Notes: generated by a model from the letters alone, not told the origin. A stretch of DNA of 64,000 nucleotides from Methanothermococcus sp. Ax23 (GCF_049075655.1 NZ_CP157522.1:1536001-1600000); one strand, 5' to 3'. Positions 43,577 through 53,907 are shown, counted from the first letter of the stretch. Numbers and translations: made by a program.

Positions 43577-44595
43577 GTTTAATTTTATTTTTCTTTGGAT
43601 TGTATATGATAGTCTCACTGAGTCTAAATTTAGAATTTGGATACGGTGGAATACCAAACTTTGGGAGAGCTCTCTCTGTATTGGCAGGAGCAGTAGTAGT
43701 TGGAGGTATATTAAATAGGATATTTATATGGTATTTTGGAATTACGGGGGATTTCATCACCGCAAGCAGTATAGCAAGTTATAATTTAACAGAATTAATA
43801 GCTCAAAATCCACTTGTGGGGTTGGGCGTATTTCTACTGGCAGTAGTCATTGCCATGATTGTGGGATTGATAATAGGAGCTCTGTCAATTCTCCCAAGTG
43901 CAAAACTTAAAGGGGATTATTTGGGAGTTACCCTTCTGGCAATAAGTGAAGTGGCATTTTTTGTTAGCTACTACAACACAGACATTGTAGGAGGATACTA
44001 CGGTGTATCGGCACCAGATGTGTTGGCATTTGTTCCGGGAGAATATAAATTATATGCCTACTCCATATTGGCAATAACTATTGGAGCCATTGTATATTTA
44101 TTCACAAATAGGTTATTAAACAGCCCTTATGGAAGAATTTTAAGGGCTCACAGGGAGAATGAAGATATTGTAAAGGCATTCGGTAGAGATATAATGAAGT
44201 TGAGGATAAAAACAGTTGCATTAGGTTCAGCCCTTGCAAGTATTGCAGGTGTTCTTTACACATTTTACTCATCAAATGTTACGGCTAATGCCTTTACACG
44301 AGTAGAATGGACATTTTATCCATTTTTAATAATACTGCTTGGGGGTAAGGGAAACAACAAAGGTGTAGTATTGGGAGCTCTCATATTTGTGCTTGTTAGA
44401 ATGTTGCTTGAATACTATAAATTTGATATTAAAAACTTACTGCACCTACCATTTGAGGCGGTTTGGCTTCAATATATATTCTTTGGAGTCTTGGCACTAA
44501 TTGTGCTTTATTACAGGCCGGAAGGTATTTTAAAGGAAAAACCTATATTTACACCACCGATAAAATCTGCAATTAAGAAAATGAATAACGACTAA
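43561..44595 (+). CDS. livM: Branched-chain amino acid ABC permease (LivM-like)
   Basis: SLNLEFGYGG, KLKGDYLG, SPYGRILRAHRENE, LGGKG, RPEGI. Confidence 0.85.
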   Translation: MVELISLILFFFGLYMIVSLSLNLEFGYGGIPNFGRALSVLAGAVVVGGILNRIFIWYFGITGDFITASSIASYNLTELIAQNPLVGLGVFLLAVVIAMIVGLIIGALSILPSAKLKGDYLGVTLLAISEVAFFVSYYNTDIVGGYYGVSAPDVLAFVPGEYKLYAYSILAITIGAIVYLFTNRLLNSPYGRILRAHRENEDIVKAFGRDIMKLRIKTVALGSALASIAGVLYTFYSSNVTANAFTRVEWTFYPFLIILLGGKGNNKGVVLGALIFVLVRMLLEYYKFDIKNLLHLPFEAVWLQYIFFGVLALIVLYYRPEGILKEKPIFTPPIKSAIKKMNND

Positions 44596-44617
44596 AATAC
44601 ATCAATAGGTGAGATTT

Positions 44618-45049
44618 ATGGAAAAAAGAGAAACTGGCGAAAAAATACAATTTAGGGCAAAAAAAGGAAAATGGTTTGTTGTTAAAAAAATGGATATTGA
44701 TGAAAATACTGAGGACATAGAAGTTGCAAGGCTTTTAAACTCCATTGATGAAACCATTAATAAGAAGATAATAGAGTTCCTTCCATTTGATGTGAAGAAA
44801 CTTGAAGAAATAGCTGATGAAATATATCAAAAGAAAAAGGGCAGGGTTAAAGAAGAGGATATAGCAAACGCACTTGCAAAATTAAAATCTCCTTCAACAA
44901 CAAGAAAATTGAACAGCATAACAGAATTAAAGGAAGGTAAAGAGATATTGAAAATAATATTAAATAATATCATATTGGAAAGATTGGGCATAAAAACAAG
45001 ATTGGATACGAAATTAATAGATAAATATATGGAAAAAGCAAATGATTAA
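44618..45049 (+). CDS. Conserved archaeal protein (DUF2666-like)
   Basis: IQFRAKKGKWFVVKKMDIDENT pattern. Confidence 0.65.
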   Translation: MEKRETGEKIQFRAKKGKWFVVKKMDIDENTEDIEVARLLNSIDETINKKIIEFLPFDVKKLEEIADEIYQKKKGRVKEEDIANALAKLKSPSTTRKLNSITELKEGKEILKIILNNIILERLGIKTRLDTKLIDKYMEKAND

Positions 45050-45057
45050 AAAAATAA

Positions 45058-45087
45058 ATTATTATTATTATTATTATTATTATTATT
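45058..45087. repeat. (ATT)n microsatellite between convergent genes
   Basis: About 10 consecutive att units. Confidence 0.85.
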
Positions 45088-45134
45088 TATTGATTTTTTA
45101 TATTATTATTTTATTTTTTATTAATTTATATCAT

Positions 45135-46262
45135 TTATTGGAATAAAAACGGCATGCTGTCATCCACACCTGGAACAAAGTTTGTTGTTTTTCTTATTTT
45201 TAATTGAGTTCTATGATAAATATACGCCACTGGAATCTCCATTGGACATACGTCTTCACACTGACCGCAGTTTATACAGCTGAAACTCATGTGGGACAGT
45301 CTGATGCCTTGGAACATTACCGGGTCAGGTGGAATCTCTCCTTTATCCATGTAATCTTCATTTAAAGCACACTCCCTACAAAAGCATATTGGGCAGGCAT
45401 CCCTGCAACCGTAGCATTTTATGCACCTGTTCCAATACTCCTTCCATTTTTCAATGGAAGGGTATTTCTCTTCAAGCTGTTCCTTTTGAGCAGATTTAGC
45501 AAGGTTAATCATAATTTTTTCAATCTTTTCCCTAATCTTAATGCCCTTTTCAGAAGGGGTTTTGACCTTAATATATCCTTCTTTTTCAGCATTTTCAATT
45601 AACTCCCTTCCTTTTTCTGAACACACTTCAACAAAAGTCCATCCATCTTCTGCTCCCCAGTTTCCACAGGCAATATCTGCATTTCTTGGAATCTTTAATT
45701 CACATCTCTGGCAGTTTTTTCTCCTTCCAAATCCTTTCTCTTCTAAATCGTGTATTTTAATAGCTTTATGGGTCCCATCCTTTAATTCTATTATGAATTT
45801 ACCACTATCTATCTCTTCCTTGACAACATCCTCAGGATTTACGCCGTAAAACATCTCTATCATTTTCATGGCAGTAATTGGTGGAATTGTTCCACCGCAG
45901 TTTAAACCTATTGTGTAGATATTATCCTTATCTATCTGGTGTCTTTTTTGGAGCTCCTTTATAGCCATGGCATCACATGGCTTTACAGCTACGGCTAATT
46001 TTAAATCATTTAAATATTTGCTTATAATATTTCCAAAGTTTGTTGGAGCACAATGTAGAGAACCACATGTTTGGATGAGCTCCTCTGAGCTTTTTACAAG
46101 GGTGGGTATTCCATCATAAACATCTTCTCCCTTTTTTAGGGCTAAAACTCCATCCACAAGTTCTTTATCTAACAGATATTTGAATAATGCAGACACTGCC
46201 CCACCACATTCAGCATGTTTTAATATGTTCTCATCTGTTGATTGGATTAAAAGGTATTTCAT
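45135..46262 (-). CDS. fdhB: F420-dependent formate dehydrogenase beta subunit
   Basis: [32 protein letters not shown], two 4Fe-4S motifs. Confidence 0.93.
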   Translation of the reverse strand: MKYLLIQSTDENILKHAECGGAVSALFKYLLDKELVDGVLALKKGEDVYDGIPTLVKSSEELIQTCGSLHCAPTNFGNIISKYLNDLKLAVAVKPCDAMAIKELQKRHQIDKDNIYTIGLNCGGTIPPITAMKMIEMFYGVNPEDVVKEEIDSGKFIIELKDGTHKAIKIHDLEEKGFGRRKNCQRCELKIPRNADIACGNWGAEDGWTFVEVCSEKGRELIENAEKEGYIKVKTPSEKGIKIREKIEKIMINLAKSAQKEQLEEKYPSIEKWKEYWNRCIKCYGCRDACPICFCRECALNEDYMDKGEIPPDPVMFQGIRLSHMSFSCINCGQCEDVCPMEIPVAYIYHRTQLKIRKTTNFVPGVDDSMPFLFQ

Positions 46263-46304
46263 GGTCATCACCATTTAAATATATAAAAAATAAAAAATTC
46301 ACGA

Positions 46305-48338
46305 TTATTGCTTATCAATTCTAACTGCACACACCTTGAATTCAGGTATCTTACAGTTGGGGTCCAGTGCAGTGTTTGTTAATATGTTTGCAGCACATTC
46401 TGCAAAGTGGAACGGCATAAACACCACACCTTTTTTAATATTTTTAGTGATTTTTGCCTTAACTTTTACCTCTCCTCTTCTCGATGAAACCCTGACTAGC
46501 TCTTTATCTTTAATATTTAATTTTTTGGCATCTTCGGGGTGTATTTCTACGAATCCCTCATTTATCTCCGATGTAATATGCTTACATTTTCTCGTCATTG
46601 TTCCTGTGTGGTAGTGGAATATGAGTCTTCCAGTGGTTAAAATCATAGGATATTCCTCATCTGGAAGCTCTGCGGCTTCTCCATATTCAACGGCAAATAA
46701 TTTACCTAATCCATCTAGCGTAAGGAATTTCTCAGTATGTAAAATTGGCGTTCCTTTGCTATCCTCTGTCTTACATGGCCAATGTATGCCATCTACTCCC
46801 AATCTTTTGTAGGTAATGCCCGCATACTGTGGTGTGGCTTTTCTAATCTCATTAAATATTTCCTCAGGGGAAGTATAATTAAACATATCGCCATATCCCA
46901 TTTTTTCAGCAAGTTTTTTAATTATAATCCAATCATCAAGGGCTTCTTCCGGTGGATTGACAGCTTTTCTTATCCTCTGAACCCTTCTTTCAGAGTTTGT
47001 AAATGTTCCATCCTTTTCAGCCCAGCATGCAGAAGGCAGAACAACATCTGCCAGTTGAGCTGTTTCAGTTAGGAATATATCTTGAACAATAAGGAAATCA
47101 AGGGATTTTAATGCATGCTCAACATGGTTTATATCGGGGTCAGAAACCATTGGATTTTCCCCCATTATATACAGGCATTTTAATTCATCTCCACATTTTT
47201 CAATCATTTCTGGAATAGTTAGCCCTACATTGTGGTTTAGTTCGGTATTCCAAAGTTCTTCAAATTTCTTATATACCTCAGGGTCATTTACCTTTTGATA
47301 ACCTGGATATACATTTGGTAGAGCTCCCATATCACAGGCTCCCTGAACATTGTTCTGCCCCCTCAATGGATTGACTCCCGTTCCTCTTTTTCCAAGATTT
47401 CCAGTTATCATTGCCAAATTACAGCAGCATTTAACATTATCTACACCATGTATGAACTGAGTCACGCCCATACAGTATAATATCGATGACTTTTCAGAAG
47501 TTGCATATAGTTTTGCCGCTTCCTCTATGAGCTCAGGTGAAACCCCACAAATCTTTGAAACATATTCAGGGGTGTATTTTTCCACAGTCTTTTTTAACTC
47601 CTCAAATCCTTTTGTTCTGTTTTTTATGAATTCCTCATCGATTAAATTATTATTTATTATAACATTTATCAAACCATTTACTATGGCAGCATTTGTTCCG
47701 GGAGTTATTTGGAGAAATACATCAGCCTGACTGGCAGTCATTGTTTTTCTAGGGTCAATAACTATAACCTTAGTTCCCTTTTCTTTTGCTCTAACTACCC
47801 TTCTTGCAATTATTGGATGCTGTTCAAATGTGTTTGAACCTATAATAAGTATGCAATTTGCTTCTTCAATATCTTCAATTGAGTTTGTCATGGCACCAGA
47901 CCCAAAAGCTTCCCCAAGACCTGCAACAGTTGCAGAGTGTCAAATTCTCGCACAATGGTCTATATTATTCGTTTTTATTACTGCTCTCGCAAATTTTTGG
48001 AATACGTAGTTATCCTCGTTCGTGCATCTTGCCGATGAGAAAAAGCCCACTTCATCGGGAGTATATTCCTTTAATTTACTTGCAATTAAATCCAAAGCCT
48101 CTTCCCAGCTGGATTCAACAAATTTACCATCTTTTTTAATTAATGGCTTTTTTAGCCTCTCATCACTATGAACAAATTCATAACAGTAATTCCCTTTAAT
48201 ACATACCTTTCCTTCATTTACTGGATGTCTTTTAAACGGATGGGTTCCTACAATTTTATCATCTTTTACGATTAAATCCACTCCGCATCCGCATCCGCAG
48301 TATGGACATACCGTATGGACCATTTTAAATTCGGTCAT
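46305..48338 (-). CDS. fdhA: Formate dehydrogenase alpha subunit, selenoprotein (UGA = Sec at 47940-47942)
   Basis: ORFs 47940..48347 and 46305..47891 are in frame; reads [18 protein letters not shown] at the Mo/W ligand position; CPYCGCGC Fe-S motif. Confidence 0.95.
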
Positions 48339-48410
48339 TATATCCACCTTTCTTTTAATTATTAGGTTATTAATTTATTATCATATTTGGGAAACTTTTG
48401 GTTTTTTCTC

Positions 48411-48444
48411 GGTTATCTACTCCGCAAGGGTTCGTAGATAACGG
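48411..48444 (-). promoter_or_regulatory. Archaeal SECIS element in the 5' UTR of fdhA
   Basis: Minus strand GUUAUCUAC-GAA-CC-CUUGC-GG-A-GUAGAUAAC: 9-bp stem, GAA/A internal loop, short GC upper stem. Confidence 0.85.
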
Positions 48445-48603
48445 GGTGCCTATATTATAAAAATTATTATTAAAATCAAAATAATGATAAAATAAAATAT
48501 TATGTTGAGTAATATATGCAATATATTTAAAGTATTTGGATGGTGACTCTATGGGCATGTGTCGGCAAATGCTTCATCCACAGATTTTAGAGGTACTGCA
48601 TAT

Positions 48604-49056
48604 TTAACATAGTCGTGTCAGTTCTCCTGTTTCAACATCTATAATATATCCCCTAACATCCACATCATTTGGAATTGCAGGATGATTTTTTATCAATTCT
48701 GCTCCTTTAATTATATTATCTTCTTCAGAATCAATTTTACCTAGCCACTGTTCTAAATTCGGGGTGAAATATGGATTTGCCCCTCTTTCAACCATTTTCT
48801 TTTTAATGTCTTCAACATCCACGGATTTCATGCCACAGTCTGTATGTCCAACAACCATGATTTTATTCACATCAAGCAGATATATAGCAACCACAAGAGA
48901 TCTTAATGTATCTTCCGTTATAATATTTCCAGCATTTTTAATGACCTTGGCATCCCCTCTGTCTATTCCAAGTTTTTCAGAGAGGAAGTTGACCAATCTA
49001 GTGTCCATGCAACTGACGATTGCAAGTTTTTTCTTAGGCTTTGCATCATCACCCAA
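48604..49056 (-). CDS. Beta-class carbonic anhydrase
   Basis: SCMDTR, KNAGN, GHTDCG. Confidence 0.92.
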   Translation of the reverse strand: MGDDAKPKKKLAIVSCMDTRLVNFLSEKLGIDRGDAKVIKNAGNIITEDTLRSLVVAIYLLDVNKIMVVGHTDCGMKSVDVEDIKKKMVERGANPYFTPNLEQWLGKIDSEEDNIIKGAELIKNHPAIPNDVDVRGYIIDVETGELTRLC

Positions 49057-49107
49057 AATATGACCTCCTTAAACCACATTATTCAAAATTGTTTATTGTA
49101 AACTGTA

Positions 49108-49662
49108 TTATTTATTACACTGGTATACTTTATTAACCCCAATTCCAAAAATTTTTGGTTTCCACAGTTTTGGTATTCCCATGAATCCAAAATATTTATA
49201 ATGCTTTGTTATAATCCCATACAGCTCTATTTTATCTCCTTTTTTTACCTCATCAGGCAAAGGGACAAGGAGAAGTGATAGTATTTCTCCCGTTTCATCC
49301 TTGATTTTAACCGTGGGTTTGGGGGAAACGCCATATATTATTTTTTCCACAGTTCCTATAACCTTAACTTGATGATTTAACATGTCCTTTGTAATATCCT
49401 TTATTTTGGTTGTGGATAAGTCTCTTTCATAATCTGGGAGTAGTTGTTGGGAAAGGTCGTTATTCATTTTTGAAATTTTCAAAGGAATGAGTGTCAGCGC
49501 TATAATAAATGGTATTGCACACAACAACACCCAAATATTTTTGGAAATTATTGTGGCCCATATTGTTATTGCAGACCAGACTATCAGGGATAATGTGGCA
49601 GAAGGCATTGTTTTTGCATGCTTTAAAGCATTGTTTAGATTAAATCTTTTTACCATATGCAT
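49108..49662 (-). CDS. Membrane-anchored hypothetical protein with OB-fold-like C-terminus
   Basis: Two hydrophobic helices, then VKVIGTV...IKDETGEI...KGDKIELYG. Confidence 0.6.
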   Translation of the reverse strand: MHMVKRFNLNNALKHAKTMPSATLSLIVWSAITIWATIISKNIWVLLCAIPFIIALTLIPLKISKMNNDLSQQLLPDYERDLSTTKIKDITKDMLNHQVKVIGTVEKIIYGVSPKPTVKIKDETGEILSLLLVPLPDEVKKGDKIELYGIITKHYKYFGFMGIPKLWKPKIFGIGVNKVYQCNK

Positions 49663-50464
49663 AGTAATACACCATTGCTACAAATATTACTGCCCCAATA
49701 ATGTTTCCTATTGTGGCAGGTAACTCGTTCCATAACCACCATCCCGAAAGAGATACATTTGCGCCAAGCATCATTCCAGCAGGGATGAAATACATGTTTG
49801 CCACGCTGTGCTCAAATCCAGATGCTACGAACGCCATTATTGGGAACCATATCATAAGGAATTTACCAAATACACTTGTTGCAGTTAAAGAACCCATAAC
49901 TGCGAGATTAACGAGCCAATTACATCCAATACCTTTTACAAGACAGGAGAGCCATCCCAACGCCCCTCCCGCCATGTATGGAAGGACTTTTGCTTCGGCT
50001 ATTTTAATTGCAGTCTGACCAAATGAATTGACTGCCCATTCGCCAGTTGTAGTATTAAATGACCTGAGCGGACCATATATCATTATTGCAACATATATCA
50101 GAGAACCAATAAGATTTCCAACATATACCCAGAACCAGACCTTTAAAAGCTGGGAAAATGACGCCTTTTTTTGAAATATTGCCACAGGTAGTAGCATCAT
50201 ATCCCCAGTAACAAGTTCCATACCAGTTAATATGATTAATATAAGCCCAACAGGGAACACTGCTGCACCTATAAGCTTTGCAATTCCCAATCCAAGGTAT
50301 TGGGATACTCCGGTGGAACATATTGTGCAAAGTCCGGCACCCATGGCAATATATGCTCCTCCCATGATTCCCCTTAACAAGAGCTGATTGGCCCCTAACT
50401 TCCCTTTATATCCCCCTACATTTCCTGCCAACTCAATTGCCTTATCAGGCGGGTTAAAATCCAT
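49640..50464 (-). CDS. fdhC: Formate/nitrite transporter
   Basis: FPVGLIL, ELVTGD, GNLIG, GIGCNWLV, FEHSVANM, GNIIG. Confidence 0.93.
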   Translation of the reverse strand: MDFNPPDKAIELAGNVGGYKGKLGANQLLLRGIMGGAYIAMGAGLCTICSTGVSQYLGLGIAKLIGAAVFPVGLILIILTGMELVTGDMMLLPVAIFQKKASFSQLLKVWFWVYVGNLIGSLIYVAIMIYGPLRSFNTTTGEWAVNSFGQTAIKIAEAKVLPYMAGGALGWLSCLVKGIGCNWLVNLAVMGSLTATSVFGKFLMIWFPIMAFVASGFEHSVANMYFIPAGMMLGANVSLSGWWLWNELPATIGNIIGAVIFVAMVYYYAYGKKI

Positions 50465-50732
50465 AGTATTACCTCCTTTCCAATTTTTGTTTATTGTGGT
50501 CTTGTGGGGTGCTAACCACATATATGAAATTTATTTATTATATAATTTTCGATTTAAATCATTTCAAAAAGTATAAATAACAGTTATTTTTTAAAAATAT
50601 GCAATTTAAAAGCATTAAATAATATTAAAAAAGAAATTAAAATTGATTACATCCAACAAAATAAAACTATGCGATATATAACTTGAAATAACTGCAAAAA
50701 CAACAAAAATTAAAAATAATTAAAATATTTTA

Positions 50733-50993
50733 TTAATAAACAGCCCACTGGCCTTCAATATCTTTGACCGCAGTGCCATATCCCATCAACTTTATGGTAT
50801 TTCCGTCGTGTGCTACAACAGTTTTAAACCCTATTATGGCAATAGCTTCCATAGACTTTGCTTTTTCTTCCATTAATTCCAACAATTTATCCATATCATA
50901 GCCCTCTACAACCTCTGAGACTATTCCTAAATAATAAAGTTCTACCCCTGGAATCTCATTTGTGGTTGTTATCAGGAATGAATCCAATTTCAT
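50733..50993 (-). CDS. YbjQ/UPF0145-like heavy-metal-binding domain protein
   Basis: ITTTNEIPG..YLGIV...AIAIIG...GYGTAVK. Confidence 0.75.
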   Translation of the reverse strand: MKLDSFLITTTNEIPGVELYYLGIVSEVVEGYDMDKLLELMEEKAKSMEAIAIIGFKTVVAHDGNTIKLMGYGTAVKDIEGQWAVY

Positions 50994-51074
50994 AAGGACA
51001 CCTCTGCTTGTGAATATGGCACCCCACAAATCCACATAATTATATTATTTTTCCTGTATATATATTTTTTGATT

Positions 51075-51450
51075 CTATTCAGTTTTTATAACCGGACCAA
51101 TCCTTTCGACACCTTCCTTCCAATAACAAATAGATTTGGAATGTCAAATTGACCGTAAATCTCCCAAAAATACCTATAAAAGAATTTCCTTTGATTTAAC
51201 GCCGAATTATCTGTAATTCAGGATATTTATCTCTATTTTTATCCACTGTGTAATTCAGATACTTGCTCATTGATATAATATTACCAACCAATATCTTTTC
51301 AAGTTTCTCTTTTTTCCAATATTATCTAAATATAAATCCATTTCAACTGTGATTATGGAGCTCATCACATTTATATTTGTTTAAAAAATATCATCTTAAC
51401 TGTGGAATTTGGGATTTTTTAATTTGTTAAAATAGCAATTGTTTAGGTTT
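51075..51450 (-). pseudogene. cas6: Decayed CRISPR-associated Cas6b endoribonuclease
   Basis: Manual translation: KKSQIPQLR*YFLNKY..DELHNHS*NGFIFR, then KLEKILVGNIISMSKYLNYTVDK, and after frameshifts DIPNLFVIGRKVSKG; stops, frameshifts and an internal deletion. Confidence 0.75.
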
Positions 51451-51475
51451 AAAAACTCTCCCTTTTCAATTTCAC

Positions 51476-51948
51476 GATTCCTTTGGCAGGAAGCCAACGA
51501 TTAAACAAAATCACAAAGTGATTTTGTAGCTCTCCGCTTCGCTCCGACTCCGCAACGAAGTTGCGACCTAAAACCTTCGGTTTTAAGTTTTCCTCACTTT
51601 CGTTCGGAAATGCTATAAAAATCCGAAGGATTTTATTCAATTAGCCGTTGGAGGAATGCCGAAAAATTTATATGTTGTATAAACTATAAATTGTAATAAG
51701 CCCTAAGGCACGAAGCTCGGTAGAGTGGATACGGTTGGAAGGGCTTTATTGGTAAATAATACAGGGCTGTCCGTCAGCCAGCCTAATGTCCTCCGCCCTT
51801 ATTATTGAGGGAGTTGGATTAAATAAAATCCCTACGGGATTTTATAGCATCAAAATCTTTGATTTTGAAGTTAAAATTGCGGAGCAATTTTATACTCTCC
51901 GCTTCGCTACAAAGGGCAAGCCAACGACTTTAGTCGTTGGTAGCTGAC
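51476..51948 (+). mobile_element. Non-autonomous IS200/IS605-type miniature element (family 2, copy 1)
   Basis: Preceded by TTCAC; left end ggcaggaagccaacg...cgttggaggaatgcc; TATA at about 51667; right-end hairpin ccaacgac-ttta-gtcgttgg-tagctgac; homologous to 63093-63373. Confidence 0.8.
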
Positions 51949-51968
51949 CATAGCTATTTAACAATTCC
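51697..51968 (+). ncRNA. Putative TnpB omegaRNA-like transcript (scaffold plus flank-derived guide)
   Basis: Structured segment downstream of a TATA box, conserved in the second copy with compensatory changes, ending at the element right end; transcript ends are inferred. Confidence 0.5.
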
Positions 51969-51992
51969 TCGGTCTTTGAAATGAGAGCTCCG

Positions 51993-52303
51993 CCGTTTAA
52001 AACTGTTTAGTTTTTTGTGAGTATTTGTGAGTGTATGGGAGCATTTAGTTTTCGAAATGTTTATATAGTGTTTTCATGCATAGTTTATAGTGTCAATCTA
52101 ATCAACCCCAAGACTTTCCTAAACCTCTTTTAAACATGTTAAAACATCCAACAAATTGTCGAATTGATGGGTGGAGCCGGGGTCCCCACGACAGGGGAGG
52201 AGACCGATGACATGCTCCCAATGAACCCAGAGGGATATGAGGTTGATGACGCCCAAGTCCAATGTGAGCATTTACTCACCAACGCTTACATTGGACAGAC
52301 CCC
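51993..52303 (+). mobile_element. Non-autonomous IS607-type miniature element (311 bp, copy 1)
   Basis: CC dinucleotide at both ends, tttgtgag direct repeats near the left end, TTTATATA at about 52060, GC-rich structured 3' half; inverted near-identical copy at 62584-62894. Confidence 0.75.
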
Positions 52304-52467
52304 ATAAATATATCTACTAATGAGTATCCTTTATCATTAATTAATCTAACTATATATATATATTTATAATTCCTTTTTCTGTTAATTATAAAAAAATGTT
52401 TGAAAGACCCACACCCATTAAAACAAGGAGAAAATAAAAAACATAAATCTATTATTTCTATTTTTAA

Positions 52468-53445
52468 TTATATACTCAGTAATGCAAAAATAACTCCCAC
52501 AAAAGCTATTATCGTTGTACATAGTGAAATAGGATATACCTGCCTAAATGTTAAAACTGGAGTATATGCACTCACAACTGAGCTCAGTATAGGAAACAGG
52601 AAAGCCACTGCAAAGTTTTCAACAATTGTTATTGGATTATTTACATCTGGTGCAATACCAAGATAAAGTGTTGCAAATAAACTTCCAAGTGTTATCATTA
52701 GGAGCTCCTTTACTGACAAATATATAGCCCTGTATCTTCCAGAGTATTCCATAGTTGGACCTTCAATAACATCCGCCTTGGTGTGCATAATTGAGAACGG
52801 ATAATCGTTTGTTAATATTATATATCCTATAAAGTATGCTATTGCTCCAAAAATTCCCCCAAGAGTAAATAAAAAATTGTTTCCAACGAGATTGGCTAAA
52901 TATATACTTTTGTGAGGTATGAACGGTATAAGGGTAGCAACATAAAATGGAAATGAGCCTATTGTAATCATTTTAAAAGCCCTGACTGCCCCCAACTGTT
53001 CGAGAGATATTTTTAGTGTGTTTAAAAAATTACTTCCCTTACATTCATCAACATACGGCATTCTAACTCCCATGACTGAGCTCGCAAGAGAACCCATAAT
53101 TACATAAGCCATTTCCTCCACTTTTAAAAGCCCAGCTATAAATATTAAATTAGAAATTACGGCAATTTTAGTAATTGATGTAGATGCAAGAATCAGCCAA
53201 ATTGCCACAAAACTCACAATAGGGAGAGTTTTATATAATCTTGGCATAATGCTGTATGGCTCTTCTGTTTTTTTTGCTAAAAACTTAAATAATGCCCAAA
53301 GTCCTGGCGTTAATATTGAAGGTCCTGTCCTTTGCTGAATTCTTGCCTGGATTTTCCTCTGAATTCCGGGAATCCATGTGGATACCGCAAATGCTATCAG
53401 TGGAATGCCCAGTATTGAGAGTATCTCTTCAATCATTGCATACAT
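52468..53445 (-). CDS. ehbO: Energy-converting hydrogenase B subunit O (NuoH-like)
   Basis: GIQRKIQARIQQRTGP, EGPTMEYSG; cluster context. Confidence 0.85.
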   Translation of the reverse strand: MYAMIEEILSILGIPLIAFAVSTWIPGIQRKIQARIQQRTGPSILTPGLWALFKFLAKKTEEPYSIMPRLYKTLPIVSFVAIWLILASTSITKIAVISNLIFIAGLLKVEEMAYVIMGSLASSVMGVRMPYVDECKGSNFLNTLKISLEQLGAVRAFKMITIGSFPFYVATLIPFIPHKSIYLANLVGNNFLFTLGGIFGAIAYFIGYIILTNDYPFSIMHTKADVIEGPTMEYSGRYRAIYLSVKELLMITLGSLFATLYLGIAPDVNNPITIVENFAVAFLFPILSSVVSAYTPVLTFRQVYPISLCTTIIAFVGVIFALLSI

Positions 53446-53460
53446 AAAAATACACCTCGA

Positions 53461-53907
53461 TTATTCTTCCTTTATAATTTTTGGAAGTGCCTGCACAATA
53501 CCTTGTATAATATCCTCAGGTCTTGGGGAACATCCTGGAACTTTAACATCCACTGGAATTATATTTTCAACAGGTCCATCTATAAAATCAGAAGTTCCCA
53601 AATCTCCGCCGATGTTTCCATACACTCCGCCCATCAATGCACAGCATCCTACTGCAACAACTGCCTTAGGTTCAGGTATTGCCTCGTATATTTTTTTAAG
53701 TGGTTCAGTCATTACCTTTGTAACGCATCCGCTTACAAGTAATATATCAGCCTCTCTTGGATTCCATGTTAAAAGGACGTTGTATTGCTCAGCATCATAA
53801 AATGGAGACAGGACACAATTTACAACCTCAATATCGCAACCATTGCATCCCCCGGTGTATGCCAGCATGACATGAATACATTTTTTCCTTGCATGTTCTT
53901 TTATCAT
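53461..53907 (-). CDS. ehbM: Ehb hydrogenase small subunit
   Basis: [33 protein letters not shown]. Confidence 0.88.
   Translation of the reverse strand: MIKEHARKKCIHVMLAYTGGCNGCDIEVVNCVLSPFYDAEQYNVLLTWNPREADILLVSGCVTKVMTEPLKKIYEAIPEPKAVVAVGCCALMGGVYGNIGGDLGTSDFIDGPVENIIPVDVKVPGCSPRPEDIIQGIVQALPKIIKEE

Noticed and set aside
46305-48347. fdhA as a split gene or nonsense pseudogene
   Set aside because: The single stop is UGA at the conserved Sec/Cys ligand position and a SECIS is present
51449-51640. 63-aa ORF on the minus strand
   Set aside because: Chance frame through the hairpin stack
51476-51948. Hairpin clusters as a CRISPR array, given the adjacent cas6 relic
   Set aside because: No identical repeats separated by regular unique spacers
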